Counted from the stretch's first letter, positions 40,507-53,493 are shown. The stretch is DNA of 64,000 nucleotides from Octopus sinensis (GCF_006345805.1 NC_042998.1:189906001-189970000), one strand, 5' to 3'. A program made the numbers and translations. Notes: generated from the sequence alone by a model not told the origin.

Positions 40507-40735
40507 TGGAAACGTGTGGTTTAATGGTTAGAGTAATTGGCTCATGTCATAAGGTCATGAGTTCGTTTCCCGGTGGTGCGTTACATCCTTGAGTAAAACA
40601 CAACTTCACGTGGTTACAGTCCACTCAGCTAGTAACAGGCTATGCGTGTCTGTGGAGCACTCAGCCACTTGCACGTTAATTTCACCAGCAGATTGTTCCT
40701 TTGATCGGAGCAATTGGAATACTCATCGAAACCGA
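40507..40735 (+). mobile_element. SINE family C, diverged
   Basis: tRNA-like head, CCTTGAGTAAAACAC, CAGTCCACTCAGCT. Confidence 0.65.
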
Positions 40736-41069
40736 TGAAAAAAATACTTACCAGTACTGATCACATATGTGGATAAAAATATGTCCACACTCCAAGACAA
40801 CACTATCTTAGTGGTTATAATAATAATTATAAACAACGTTCAAATGTTGGCCCCATATAGAGAGGAGATCCTTTTTCTGTTTATCAGTCAACTTCGTGGT
40901 TAGTGTTAGATTAAATATTTGTTAAGATTACACAGCAAATTTGAAACAGTGTTGCTATGAGTTTAAGTGTGCTCAATGCTTGTGTGAATCAGTGGTACAT
41001 ATGTGCGACAAACTTTTTCCAGTTTCTCAATGAAAAAATTGAAACGTGTTATATGTATGTATGTAAGTA

Positions 41070-41106
<37 letters not shown>

Positions 41107-41151
41107 ATATACATACATACATATATGTATATATATATTATATATATATAC

Positions 41152-41213
<62 letters not shown>

Positions 41214-41426
41214 AGAGAGTGAGAGAGAAAGGAATACATACGCACACAAACATATCTATATATAAATATGTGTGTGTGTGTGTGCGTGCATGTGTGTGGT
41301 TGTGCGTGCATGTGTTGTGTGTGTGTGTGTGTGTGTACATGCAACATCGGTAGTTCGGTTGTCAAGCGGTGGGGCTGGGTAACCTCAAATACTTACACGC
41401 CCCACATATATGTATATGTATATATG

Positions 41427-41505
<79 letters not shown>

Positions 41506-41581
41506 TATACATATGTATATGTGTATGTGTATATGTATATATAGTAATCCATATATACATATATATGCATACATATAAGAC

Positions 41582-41620
<39 letters not shown>

Positions 41621-41719
41621 GTAGTCCATAGATACATATATATGCATACATAATAATATATATATATATATATAATAATATAATATATATATATATATAT
41701 ATATACTCAAACTCGGTGT

Positions 41720-44471
41720 GTGATACACTAATTGTACATATTAAGCAACTTGATGTAGTTGTGTGTGCTACATATCGCCCTCCAGATGCCCCAAGCCATG
41801 TGGGCAGTTTGAAGACTGCCTTATAAAAATAGAAGAAATTCTAACCACATTAGAACAACACATAGGTGTGCTTCTTATGGGAGACTTCATCTGCCAATGT
41901 CAGATGGCCCGAGGGGCCTTTCTCTCCCAGGAATGACAACGATGTGAACGAGGACAGGCGAGAGTCCTTCCTGAACCTCATCAACACCCTGTACATGGAG
42001 CAGGTAATACTCCACCAACCAGGGCAGGAACACACTGGATCTCTGCTTCACAAATGACATGGATCTCATCCATAATGTGAAAGTGACACCGACACTACTC
42101 TCGATCACAACATGATAGAGCTGACCATGTACGGGCCAAAAGAGAGCACGGACATGCAGCCTACAAGAAACCCTCAAAATCTTTCCAGCTTGAACTACCA
42201 TAAGGCAAAACTGGAAACAAATTGAGAAAGAGATCCTCAAACAAAACTGGCCTAATGTCTCTCCTCGCCAGACATCGACGTGAAACTTCAACAATTCATG
42301 TCTGTAATGCAAGCCATATGCTACAAATGTGTCCCAGAGAGAAAGGCCACTGTACACAAGAACAAAATCCCCAGAGAGAGGAAAATCTTAATGAGACAGC
42401 GTACGAAATTTTCAAATCGCCTAAACAAACAGATTGAAAGCAGTGAAAGTCCCGCCTAAAAATAAAACTGTTGGAAATCGAAAAAATGTCTGCAACTCTC
42501 CCATGAAAAAAAGAGCAGACAAAGAAGCCTGGGCTATAGAAAACATAAAATCTAACCCCAGAGCTTTCTACAGGTATGCCAAAGAAACAGCTACAGTGCA
42601 CTGTAGAATAGGGCCACTCCTCGAAAAGGATGGCACACTACAGGAAAACCAATGAGGGTAAGTGAATACTGAATGAGCAATTCAAGAGTGTTTTCACTCC
42701 ACCCTTGGGAATCTCCAAATCACCAATCCAACTGACTTTTTACACACTGCAGATATAAAATCAGAGGCGGCGACGATAGATTACATCGATATAAAGGAAG
42801 ACGATGTAACCAAGGCTATAGATGAAATGAAAACAGACTCAGCTACTGGCCCTGATGGATTCCCGGCAATCCTCCTAAAAGCATGTAAGAGAGTCCTAGC
42901 AAGACCACTGCAGTTCCTCTTTCAGAGCTTCCTTGCAGCTGGCAAACTTCCAGGAAACTGAAGGAAGGTAAAATATGCCCCATTCATAAATGAGGTAGCA
43001 GAGCGGAAGCCAAGAACTATAGACCTATCTCTCTGACCTCACACATCAGCAAGGTCATGGAACGAATAGTCAGAAGGAAGCTGATCACCTTCCTTGAAGA
43101 GAATGACTTGCTGCCCGACACCCAACATGGTTTCCGACCAGGGAGAAGCTGTTTAACTCAGCTCCTACAACACTATGACTGGGTGCTGAAACGGTTGCTC
43201 AACCACTCAAATGTGGAAGTGATATATCTCGACTTTGCAAAGGCCTTTGATAAAGTCGATCATGGAATGATATGTCACAAACTGCGTGATCTCAACATAG
43301 TTGGAAAACTGGGAGAATGGCTTCATGACTTTCTGAAGGATAGAAGTCAGGTGGTAGTAGCCAATGGGGCCACCTCCATTAACACACAAATAGTGAGCGG
43401 TGTTCCGCAGGGCACTGTTCTGGGACCACTACTGTTCATAATGGCCCTCTCAGACATGCCTCAGCCACGCAGAGAGCCACGATCACAAGTTATGCAGATG
43501 ATACAAAAAGTTTCACAGGCAATACAGAACCTGAGGACACTAAACACCTGCAATGTGAGCTGGACGAAATATACAAGTGGGCTGAAAAGATAGCATGCAG
43601 TTCAATGCTGGAAAGTTTCAAGCTTTATACTATCAGCATGCAAACTGAATGCAATACCCAATGAATACACTGGACCCGGAGGGATTGCAATCCCAGAGGC
43701 ACAATCAGTGCGTGACCTGGGTATTCACATGAGTGATGACGCGACCTTTCATGTACATGTTGCTAAACTGACAATGAAATGTAGACGGCTGGCTGGATGG
43801 ATTCTTAGAACCTTTAGAACAAGAGAACAAGAAACCATGATGGTCCTCTGGAAGACACTTGTCCTAAGCCACTTTGACTATTGCTCTCAGCTATGGTCAC
43901 CATCCAGTGTCAAGTTGATCACAGAACTTGAGGCGATCCAACGAAGCTACACAGAATGCTATGCAGAATGTAAGCTACTGGGAAAGACTCAAGAGATTAA
44001 AATTATATTCCCGGAGCGTAGGCGGGAAAGATATGCCATAATATACATCTGGAAGATCCTGGAGGGAGTGTCCTGAACTTTGGCATCGAGAGTTACGCAA
44101 ATGCCAGAACTGGGCGCCACTGCGTGGTGCCTAGGACTCCAAACCTGCCATCAAGATGTAGGACAAGATTCTGTGATAGCCTGGGCTTCCGAGCCCACAG
44201 CTCTTCAATATCCTCCCGAAGAACCTGAGAGACCTGCATGGGGTGGATACAGATGTCTTTAAATGAAGCTGGATCTCTTCCTGTCAGGTGTCCCAGATGA
44301 ACCAACTTCACGGCAGGAGGGGCAGATGAGGGCAGCTGCATCGAACTCTCTCATGCACCAAATAGCAGTTGCTAGAAAGCCTCCATGAAGTGAAACCAAG
44401 TAGCAACACCAATGGCGGTGCCCCAGCATGGCCACAGCTCATAAGCTGAAACTAGAATCAATCAATCAATC
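41720..44471 (+). mobile_element. 5'-truncated CR1/L2-group LINE with frameshifted ORF2 (APE endonuclease plus RT)
   Basis: MGDF, TLDLCFTN and SDHNMI (APE). GPDGFP, NYRPISLTSHISKVMERIV, QHGFRPGRSCLTQLL, YLDFAKAFDKVDH, SGVPQGTVLGPLLF, YADD, RDLGI, DYCSQLWSP. (ATCA)n tail. Confidence 0.95.
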
Positions 44472-44510
<39 letters not shown>

Positions 44511-44512
<2 letters not shown>

Positions 44513-45050
44513 AAGCAACGTAGCTAGTTTTAAAATTTCAAGAAGTGATAGAGTAGTTACGTACACTAAACAGTAAGCAAGTTGTCACATCAAAGCGGCA
44601 GCTAAGATCCGCTTCTGCCAGCGATATATTGTAAAAAAAAAAAAAGCTTAGCTATCACTCCATCTGCCTGGGGTTAAACTAGAAGTAACATTTACCTGCC
44701 ACCTTGATGTGGCAACTCGATCTTCTGTTTACTATACATCACTACTCTAGCTCTTCTTTAGATTTATAACTAGTTACTTTGCTTGTTGCAACAAATCAGT
44801 GACCGATGTTTACTATATATCGTTGGCAGGAGCGAATCTTAGATTCCACCCCATTGTGCAGGTACGTGCGGCTGACGAAGAGCCAACTAGCTCGAAACTG
44901 GGCCAGTCCCGCAATCCTGTTAGCTGATGGAGGTTAGTAGGGGTTCGCTTCCCCAGCTAGGGATATAGTATATAAAGGATGCAGAACGCTGCATCAAAAA
45001 CCAGCTGGCAGAGAATCTGCTCGAGGTTAAACTAGTTGTAACACACGCAC
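44511..45050 (+). mobile_element. ORF-less, highly structured hammerhead-containing module between microsatellites (retrozyme-like or Penelope pLTR-like)
   Basis: Bounded by (TA)n tracts. Contains the hammerhead at 44867-44913, long imperfect inverted repeats, three small hairpins and a 29-nt direct repeat at 353-nt spacing. Confidence 0.65.
44867..44913 (+). ncRNA. Type I hammerhead ribozyme motif with intact core
   Basis: TGCGG-CTGACGA-A-GAGC-caacta-GCTC-GAAA-CTG-ggc-CAG-TC-CCGCA: all conserved core residues, stems I, II and III pair, GUC cleavage triplet (cut after 44908). Confidence 0.85.
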
Positions 45051-45051
45051 A

Positions 45052-45111
<60 letters not shown>

Positions 45112-45462
45112 CACACACACACACACACACACACATGCTCTCTCTCTTACTTTCTCCTCATTCTTCACCCTCTTGTACTATCTTATATCCCTCCCCACCA
45201 CTACACACTCAATAACACTATAAAATGGTCGAAATTTTTCCACAGGAACTTAGTTCCATTTGAAAATTCGACCAGAATGGACGAAAGCGCTAATATTTGA
45301 TATATGATATAAGTTATATGATGTATAAAAACATGTAATATGCAAATAAATATCTGTAAATATAAAACCATCCGAATTTCTGAGTACCTCATTTCTTCTA
45401 AATAAAAATACCTGTACATCACCTCCAAACTTTTAATATAATATATATATATATATATATAT

Positions 45463-45497
<35 letters not shown>

Positions 45498-45501
45498 TAT
45501 A

Positions 45502-45552
<51 letters not shown>

Positions 45553-46157
45553 TATATACACATATGTGAGTGCGTCTATGTGTTATACATATATTATAGA
45601 ATATTTTGTGACAAATGGTTATTTATATATACATACATATATTTACTTATACATAGATACCTATATGTACATATGCGCGTCACAATTGTGATGCATCTGT
45701 GTGTGTATATATATTTATATATAGTTGTGTATGTTAGTGTGTATGTATGTATGTATGTATGTATGTATGTATGTATGTATGTATGTATGTATGTATAAAC
45801 CTATGTATACATGCACATCAGAACTATTTAACATCAATTCACCGTACATCTGTCGCCTTCCTGTCTTTGATTTCCGTCAATTTTTCTAAATTGTCTTCTG
45901 CTATGAGATATATGTATGCATTCGTTGAATTACAGCATGCATTTAAGTATATATATTTGTTCTTATTATATAATATATGTAATACATTGTATGTGTGTGT
46001 GTGTGTGCGTTCGTGTGTGTTGAGTATGTGTGTATTTATATATGTGTATGCAAGCAACACACCAATCAGTTTATATTTCCGTATGCTTTCACGTCTATAG
46101 TTCATGTGTGCGTTTGTGTTGTGTGTATGTATGTGTATGTGAGTGTGTGTGTGTGTG

Positions 46158-46188
<31 letters not shown>

Positions 46189-47278
46189 TGTGCATGTATT
46201 GTCTCTATTGGTATATATAAAACACACATTGTCACTGCGGGTGTGTTCATACTTAGAAAATCACTTATTCATGCATGTATATATATATGGCCACACACAC
46301 ACACATATGTATGTGTAAATATACATATTTGTAAATATACACTCTTATAAACACGCTGCTTGTCATCTCCCGAGGAATATAACACATTTTGAATGAATTC
46401 ACTTATTTCATACTTTTCCTGCTTCGCTTGTTTGATAAAATCCTCCACCCAGCTTCATTATCGCCACCATACTCTCCTCCACAATTTTCTAACAACACAA
46501 ACTACATTCGCTAAACAATTTCTCATTCTTCGATTAGTTTTTATTCAATTGTCGTCGTTTTTCATGCATTTATGCTATTTTTTTTTATCTGTCTTTCCAA
46601 GGAGAGTTTCAAATTGTTTTAATCTTTTTTTATCCCTAATATTTTCTACTAGTTTTTTTTTCTTATTAACTCTGTGTTTTTCTTCTCCCCTCCCTATTTT
46701 TTTGATTTCTTTCAAGGTAATCGAACGTCCATTAGGATATTAACGTTTGGCCCATCAGACCATTATGTTTCCCGTGCAGGATGAAGTGATTTCGTTTATT
46801 TTTGAAAACCTGCATTCTAAGATGGATATATACCGACTACAATCTGATTGAAACGAGAAGTAAAGAAAAAAATTATGCAAAGAATGCATTAAAGGGGGAC
46901 GAGCAATATACTAAAGAACAAAAAATACAGTAGAAAAAGTTTACAAAGTTATCGTCATTGAAAAGGGAAAGACAAATAGCTAAGTGCGAAGAAGAAAAAA
47001 ATGGCAGCGAACGTTTGAGTAATGAAGGTCTTATAGTACAGAAAGTTAATAGATGGCACTGTCAGTTTATATATGAATTCATAATGGTTAGGAATAAGTT
47101 ACAGAAAGAATGCTGTCAATAGACAACAAACCTTACGTTTAGAAGCTACTGCAAATGTATATAAACTGCCATGATACGAATACAATATATGATCCATATC
47201 TATCTATCTGTCTGTCTCTCTGTTTGTATGTATATCTGTATGTATGTTTGCCTGTATGTATGTCTGTATGTATGTTTG

Positions 47279-47490
47279 AAGGCGGCGAGCTGGGCGAAAT
47301 GCTTAGTGGTATTTCGTCTGCCGTTACGTTCTGAGTTCAAATTCCGCCGAGGTCGACTTTGCCTTTCATCCTTTCGGGTTCGATTAAATAAGTACCAGTT
47401 ACGCACTGGGGTTGATGTAATCGACTTAATACGTTTGTCTGTCCTTGTTTTTCCCCTCTGTGTTTAGCCCTTTGTGGGTAGTAAAGAAAT
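47279..47490 (+). mobile_element. SINE family B
   Basis: Family B sequence with a short head deletion. A partial minus-strand tail copy lies at 47740-47855. Confidence 0.88.
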
Positions 47491-48202
47491 GTGTATGTAT
47501 GTCTGACTGCCAGTATGTATAGTTATATGTCTGTCTGTATACCTGTTTATCTGTCTGTCTGTATGTATGTATTTATTAAACTTGAAAAAAGCCTTGCATA
47601 TTCTTAATGTTCATTTACAGATTGTATCTGTAATGTGCAAATTAGATCCTTGGTTTCCTTTTCTGAAAACTCTAGCTCATCCAGAACCAAGTGCACAAAT
47701 TATCACTGGTATAAACGTGAATTTATAATCTAATATATATTTCTTTACTACCCACAAGGGGCTAAACACAGAGGGGACAAACAAGGACAGACAAACGGAT
47801 TAAGTCGATTACATCGACCTCAGTGCGTAACTGGTACTTTATTTATCGACCCCGAGTTGGAAGTTTCGAAGTTGTTCATAGTTATCCTTTATCCTTTCGT
47901 TTTCGAAGATATTTTCATGTCAGCTAGGCAACTAGCCTCTATGACGTTATATATTTTCCCACTTTATCCCAAACAACAATTTCCGGCCTTTTATGGTTAC
48001 ACTGACAGAAGTTTTGATGGGAATGTTCCACCAATATTCTTTTTCTATGTTGATATTTGCATATGCATTCAATAACAAAGAAATTTTCTTCATTTATTCC
48101 AGGTCAGTCACTTTTTAATGACTTGTAAAGCAACTGTGACAAAGCTCGTGACAGTAATGCTAGACACACACACACGCTTATATATATATATATATATATA
48201 TA

Positions 48203-49606
48203 TAACGGGAAGCTTTATGAAAATAAACAAAAGACGAAGGCAGGTGGAAAACAAACGAACAATTGTATTAGTATGGCGCTCAGGAAATATAAATAAAACA
48301 AGTCTTTAACGTTTCGAGCCTACGCTCTTCAACAGAAAGATACACAGAGAGAAAAAAAACACAGAAAGAAGGAGAGAAAAAAATGCGTGCAGTAGCTAAC
48401 GAATCAACATGGCGATCTGATTTCGGCCAGAGGTCAAAGATCAAACATGAGACGCGAGAGCGAAATAAGGGGAGATAATAGGGTTGATAATAGGGTTGAT
48501 AATAGGGTTGAGGGACCAGCTAATAGTGCGTAGGAGGGGTCTGGATGTGTGTATGTATAGGGTTGGTGTATGTATTAGTATGTATAAGGGTGTGTGTGTG
48601 TGTGTATGAGAGAGTATTAGTGCGTAGGATTGGTCTGGACGTGCGTATGAATGGGGTTGGTGTATGTATTAGTATGTATTAGTATGTATTAGTACGTATT
48701 AGTATATATAAGTGTGTGTGTGTGTGTGTATGAGAGAGTATAAGTGCGTATGCGGGGTCTGGACGTGTGTATTTATAGGGTTGGTGTATGTATTAGTATG
48801 TATTAGTATGTATTAGTACGTATTAGTATGTATTAGTTGGTGTATGTATTAGTATGGCACATCATATGTGATGTGATGTGTAAAGTCGTGTGGTGTAGTG
48901 AGAAGAGGGGGAGGGGGAGAAGAGGGGGGGAGAAGGGGAGGGGAAGAAGAGGGGGAGGAAAGGGGGGAAGAGGAGAGGGGGGAAGAGGAGAGGATGGGGG
49001 AGAAAGAAGGGGAGGAGGGGGGATGAAGGAGAAAAGAGGGAGAGGGGGAGAGAGAAGGGGAGAGAGGGAGTGAGGGAGCAGAGGGAAGGGGAAGAGGGAA
49101 GGAGGGAGGGAGAAAGAGGGAAGAAGGGAAGGGGAGTAGGGGTGAAAGGATGAAGGACTGAAGAAGTAGGGGTCGGGGGGAAAGGATAGGTGAGGAGGGG
49201 GGAGAGCGGGGTTAGATGAGGAGGGGGGAGAGTTGAGACCAAATGGCGTATAAGAGCGAAGAGAGAAGATTAATTCCTGTTCACGGCGCAAACGGGAATC
49301 CGGATGGCCTCTGTGTAAGGACAAACCGAACACAGATAGGTGTTGCAAGGAGTGACCGGTGGAGCGGAATGGCGTGAGACCGGTGTGTCGTTCGCAAGGT
49401 GGATGTCACGAAGGTGTTCCGCGAACCGGTCAGCCAAGCGGCGTCCCGTTTGTCCGATGTACAAGGAATTGCAGAGAGAGCAAGAGAGGCAATAGATAAT
49501 ATTGCTGGAGGTGCAGGTGAAGGAGTGGATGATGGGATAGGGTCGATGGTGGGTGCTAGTGAGGCGGGTGGTGTTGGAGAGGTAAGAGCAAGTGCGGCAA
49601 CGTGGG
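48203..49606 (-). mobile_element. 5'-truncated Penelope-like retroelement (Neptune-like): Cys-rich linker, GIY-YIG endonuclease, repeat-rich 3' region and hammerhead-bearing end
   Basis: Minus strand PRCRTC...FTCTSSNIIYC..CSLCNSLYIGQTGRRLADRFAEHLRDI (49400-49606) and RLRREQELIFSLRSYTPFGLN (about 49230-49300). Tandem repeats at 48474-48860. Ends in (TA)n. Confidence 0.88.
48303..48340 (-). ncRNA. Minimal type I hammerhead-like motif (core variant CUGUUGA) in the Penelope terminus
   Basis: TCTTT-CTGTTGA-A-GAGC-gtag-GCTC-GAAA-CG-TT-AAAGA: perfect stems I and II, palindromic ACGT stem III, A6U substitution. Confidence 0.6.
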
Positions 49607-49608
49607 CG

Positions 49609-49644
<36 letters not shown>

Positions 49645-49660
49645 TATGTATGTATGTATA

Positions 49661-50653
49661 TCATCATCATCATCATAGTTTAACGTCCACTTTCCATGCG
49701 GGCATGGGTTGGACGGTTTGACTGAGGACTAGCGAGCCAAATGGCTGCACCAGGCTCCAATCTGTTCTCGCAGAGTTTCTACAGCTAGATGCCCTTTCTA
49801 ACGCCAACCACTCCAAAAGTGTAGTGCGTGCTTTTACGTGCCACCGGCACGAGGGCCAGTCAGACGGTAATGGCAACGGCCACGCTCAAATGGTGTTTTT
49901 ACGTGCCACCACGTAAAGAAAAGTGGTGTTTTTACGTGCACAGGAGCCAGTCCAGCGGCACTGGCAAAGACCTCGCTCGAATGTTGTTTTTCACGTACCA
50001 CCGGCACAAGTGCCAGTAAAGCGACGCTGGTAATGATCACGCTCGAATGGTGCGTTTTGCGTACCACCGGCATGGGATCCAGTCAGCGGCCCTGGCAACG
50101 ATTACGCTCGGATGGTACTCTTTGCGCTCCACTGGCACGGATACCAGTCATGCAGTGCTGTCATCGAATTTGATTTCGATATCACTTCCCTCAATAGGTC
50201 TTCGCAAGCAGAGTTTAGTGTTCAATGAAGGACAGGTACGGATAAATGGGCTGGTTACACCACTGGTTATGATCTCACTTGGCTTGCCGGATCTTCTCAA
50301 GCATAGCATATTTCCAAAGGTCTCGGTCACTAGCCATTGCGTCGGTGAGACCTAATGATCGAAGGTCGTGCTTCACCACCTCATTCCAGGTCTTCCTGGG
50401 TTTACCTCTTTCACAGGTTCCCTCAACTGCTAAGGTGTGACAGTTTTTCACACAGCTATCCTCATCCATTCTCACCACATGACCATACCAGCGTAGTCGT
50501 CTCTCTTGCACACCACATCTAATGCTTCTTAGGTCCAACTTTTCTCTCAAAGTACTAACACGCTGTCGAGTATGCACACTGACATTACACATCCAGCGGA
50601 GCATACTGGCTTCATTCTTTGCGAGTTTATATATGTCCGCAGCAGTCACGGCC
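49661..50653 (-). mobile_element. RTE-clade LINE 3' portion (ORF C-terminus, long 3' UTR, (ATG)n tail)
   Basis: ORF 50275..50649 MLRWMCNVS...RRLRWYGHVVRM...GKPRKTW. Tail GGACGTTAAACTATGATGATG on the minus strand. Confidence 0.9.
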
Positions 50654-51014
50654 CAATACCCTAACCACTACACCACTGAATATCCTAACTACTACACCAC
50701 ACGCTCACCTATACATAGAATAAATATTTTGTACAATGTGGTCACACATGATTTCTTAACATCACACCGGAAACGAAACAATGATAACAAAAGCACGAAC
50801 GTAGGCAGCAGATTTTTTAAGTTATAACAAACAATACCAGTAGATTATCGTTTTCTCTCATACATCACCAAGCAAAACCGTAGAGGCAGTTTGAATGAAG
50901 TGGAAATGATTCGTGTAGAGTCCGTTCCAGACTACTGGCCATACACAGTTCTTCCATCAGGGTTAACGAACCGGGACTGCATTTCTATGAGTTACGTTTA
51001 AAGATGCACTGCAC

Positions 51015-51052
<38 letters not shown>

Positions 51053-52071
51053 ACACTCAGATACACACATGAACGCACGCATACATACATACATAAACGT
51101 GCACACATACATTATGCACACATATGCATGCTCATATGCATACATGCACACATATATACGTACACATACACATACGTACATATATGCATACATATATGCA
51201 TACATCTTTACATATACATAGGCTTGCACACATAAATAAATTCATACACACACCCTTGTTTCTGGGTTAAAAGCAGGCTATATCTCAATTGGTGAGAAAT
51301 TCGGAAAACAAAACCGGAACATACATACATGCATACATACATACATACATACATACATACATACATACATACATACATACATACATACATACATACATAC
51401 ATACATACACGTACATATTGACATACCTTTGTACATATGAACATTGAAAAGTGAGTACATTGACTTGCTAGCAATAGCATAAAATCTGAATTAAGATCCA
51501 ACCATATTTTTAAAAGTGTACTCCATGGTGTAATGTAGTCAAATACACACTAATACGGGATAGTCACGGGAGGAATATTTTATATCAAAGCTTCAAGGCG
51601 ACATTCCAGCATGGTCGCATTCCTGAAACTGATATAAATAAATAAATGATAAAGGGTAGATAACTTGGGAAGTTTAACTGCATACAAGACGATACATAGT
51701 AATATTTTCTGCTCTAGGCACAAGGCCCGAAATTTTGGTGGGAGGGAGCCAGTACGCAGCTAGCACTTCATTTATCGACTCCGATATATCGGTGGGACGA
51801 TATATAGGAATAAAAGTCCTAACAATGCAAATAGATGTTTAAGTATTGAGAATGAACAATGACATACACCGGGCTATCAGGAATGTAATCTATAATACTT
51901 TAGCACTTCTAAAGCTTAACTAATATAATTGCCTTCCCAAAAGAGCTAGGAAACGCAACTTAGGTGTACCATAGGAGTTTTAAAGGTTACTTACATGCAC
52001 CTCTTTCTTCTTTTCTCCCACTCTTCACACACATGCACACTTTTATATGTCTGGCTATCTATCTATCTATA

Positions 52072-52141
<70 letters not shown>

Positions 52142-52155
52142 AATATATATATATA

Positions 52156-52675
52156 TCTTATATAAAATCCGTTCAGTCAGTCTGTCTGTGTGACTTCTAG
52201 GATCTCGGGCATCCTCCATCCGATTGCGCTCAAATTTGATGTGTAGATACCGACAGTATCATGTCGTGTATAAGTCTTGAAAAAATTACAAAAATCGATT
52301 CTAGTTGAGAATGCGATCGATAAAGCCGTGGGAACGTGCATTTGTACGCGCAAGTACATCAGCTGTTGCGATCGATACTACGCGTACGCGAGAAAAATAC
52401 ACGTGCAGTTTGAGCAAAAACAGCCGGCTGGCTTGAAATAATGCCACATAATGCAGTATATAGTCTTTTGCATATTTGTGTGAATAAAATCGTTTTTCTT
52501 TGGAATAGAAACAGTCTATCTTTATTTCTTCTTTTGCTGGTGTCTCAAATTTAGGTTAAATCAGTGTTTCTCAAAAGGGAGGCCTATGGGACGGTCGAAC
52601 AAGTTGTTTTGAGAAAATTTTGTTTAAATGTTTGACAACTCAGCACCGTCCATTGGACGAGGGGCGTTTTGCCCG
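52156..52675 (+). mobile_element. Probable non-autonomous Helitron
   Basis: 5' A|TCTTATATAAAA, then GTCTGTCTGTG and CCGATTGCGCTCAAATTTG. 3' hairpin CGTCC-ATT-GGACG followed by GGGCGTTTTGCCCG|T, a degenerate CTAG end. Confidence 0.5.
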
Positions 52676-53065
52676 TTGATAAATATAAACAGAAAATATA
52701 ACATTACTTAGAAAGCTACATTAAATATTCATTGGATCAATTACTATTTGATGTTCATTTAATTAACTGTTAAGTAACAGAATCAGTGTGACGCTGAGTA
52801 AAATACTCTTTAATTACGATTATTTATATTTGTGTTCTAAGCGCTCATAAGTCAACTAATCTTTCATTCATCTTTCTGGCTCTGACAAAACTAAAGTACC
52901 GGCCCGTAACAGGGATCGATGTCAATGGACTATAAACTCCTGAATACTTGAGGCCGTCTATTAATGCAAATCCATAGGAATCGATACTAAATATATTTAA
53001 GGATCGTTTATAATCATAAAATCTATGTGTTGGTTAGTCATAATCATTAATATTTAGCTCCATGA

Positions 53066-53493
53066 GGGCGGCGAGCTGGCAGGGTTGTTACTATGCCGGA
53101 GAAAATGCTTAACGGTAATCTTTCTGTCTTTACGTCGTGAGTTCAAAGTCCGCCGAGGTCGACTTTGCCTTTCATTCTTTCAGAGTCGATAAAATAAGTA
53201 CCAGTAGAGGATTGAGGTTGATTTAATAGACTTACCCACCACCGGAGAAAATGCTAACATTGTGCCAAAATTTGAAACCAATATTTAAGGCGGCGAGCTG
53301 GCAGAAACGTTAGCACGCCGGGCGAAATGCGTAGCCGTATTTCGTCTGCCGTTACGTTCTGAGTTCAAATTCCGCCGAGGTCGACTTTGCCTTTCATCCT
53401 TTCGGGGTCGATTAAATAAGTACCAGTTACGCACTGGGGTCGATATAATAGACTTAATCCGTTTGTCTGTCCTTGTTTGTCCTCTCTGTGTTT
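53066..53493 (+). mobile_element. Tandem family B SINEs (old 53066-53280, young 53287-53493)
   Basis: Two successive GGCGGCGAGCTGGCAG heads, each with the central domain. Confidence 0.88.

Noticed and set aside
45223-45296. Hairpin followed by CGAAAGCGCTA (3' half of a hammerhead)
   Set aside because: No upstream CTGANGA box is visible.
49825-50150. CRISPR-like array
   Set aside because: Eukaryotic context, degenerate contiguous units, no unique spacers and no cas genes.
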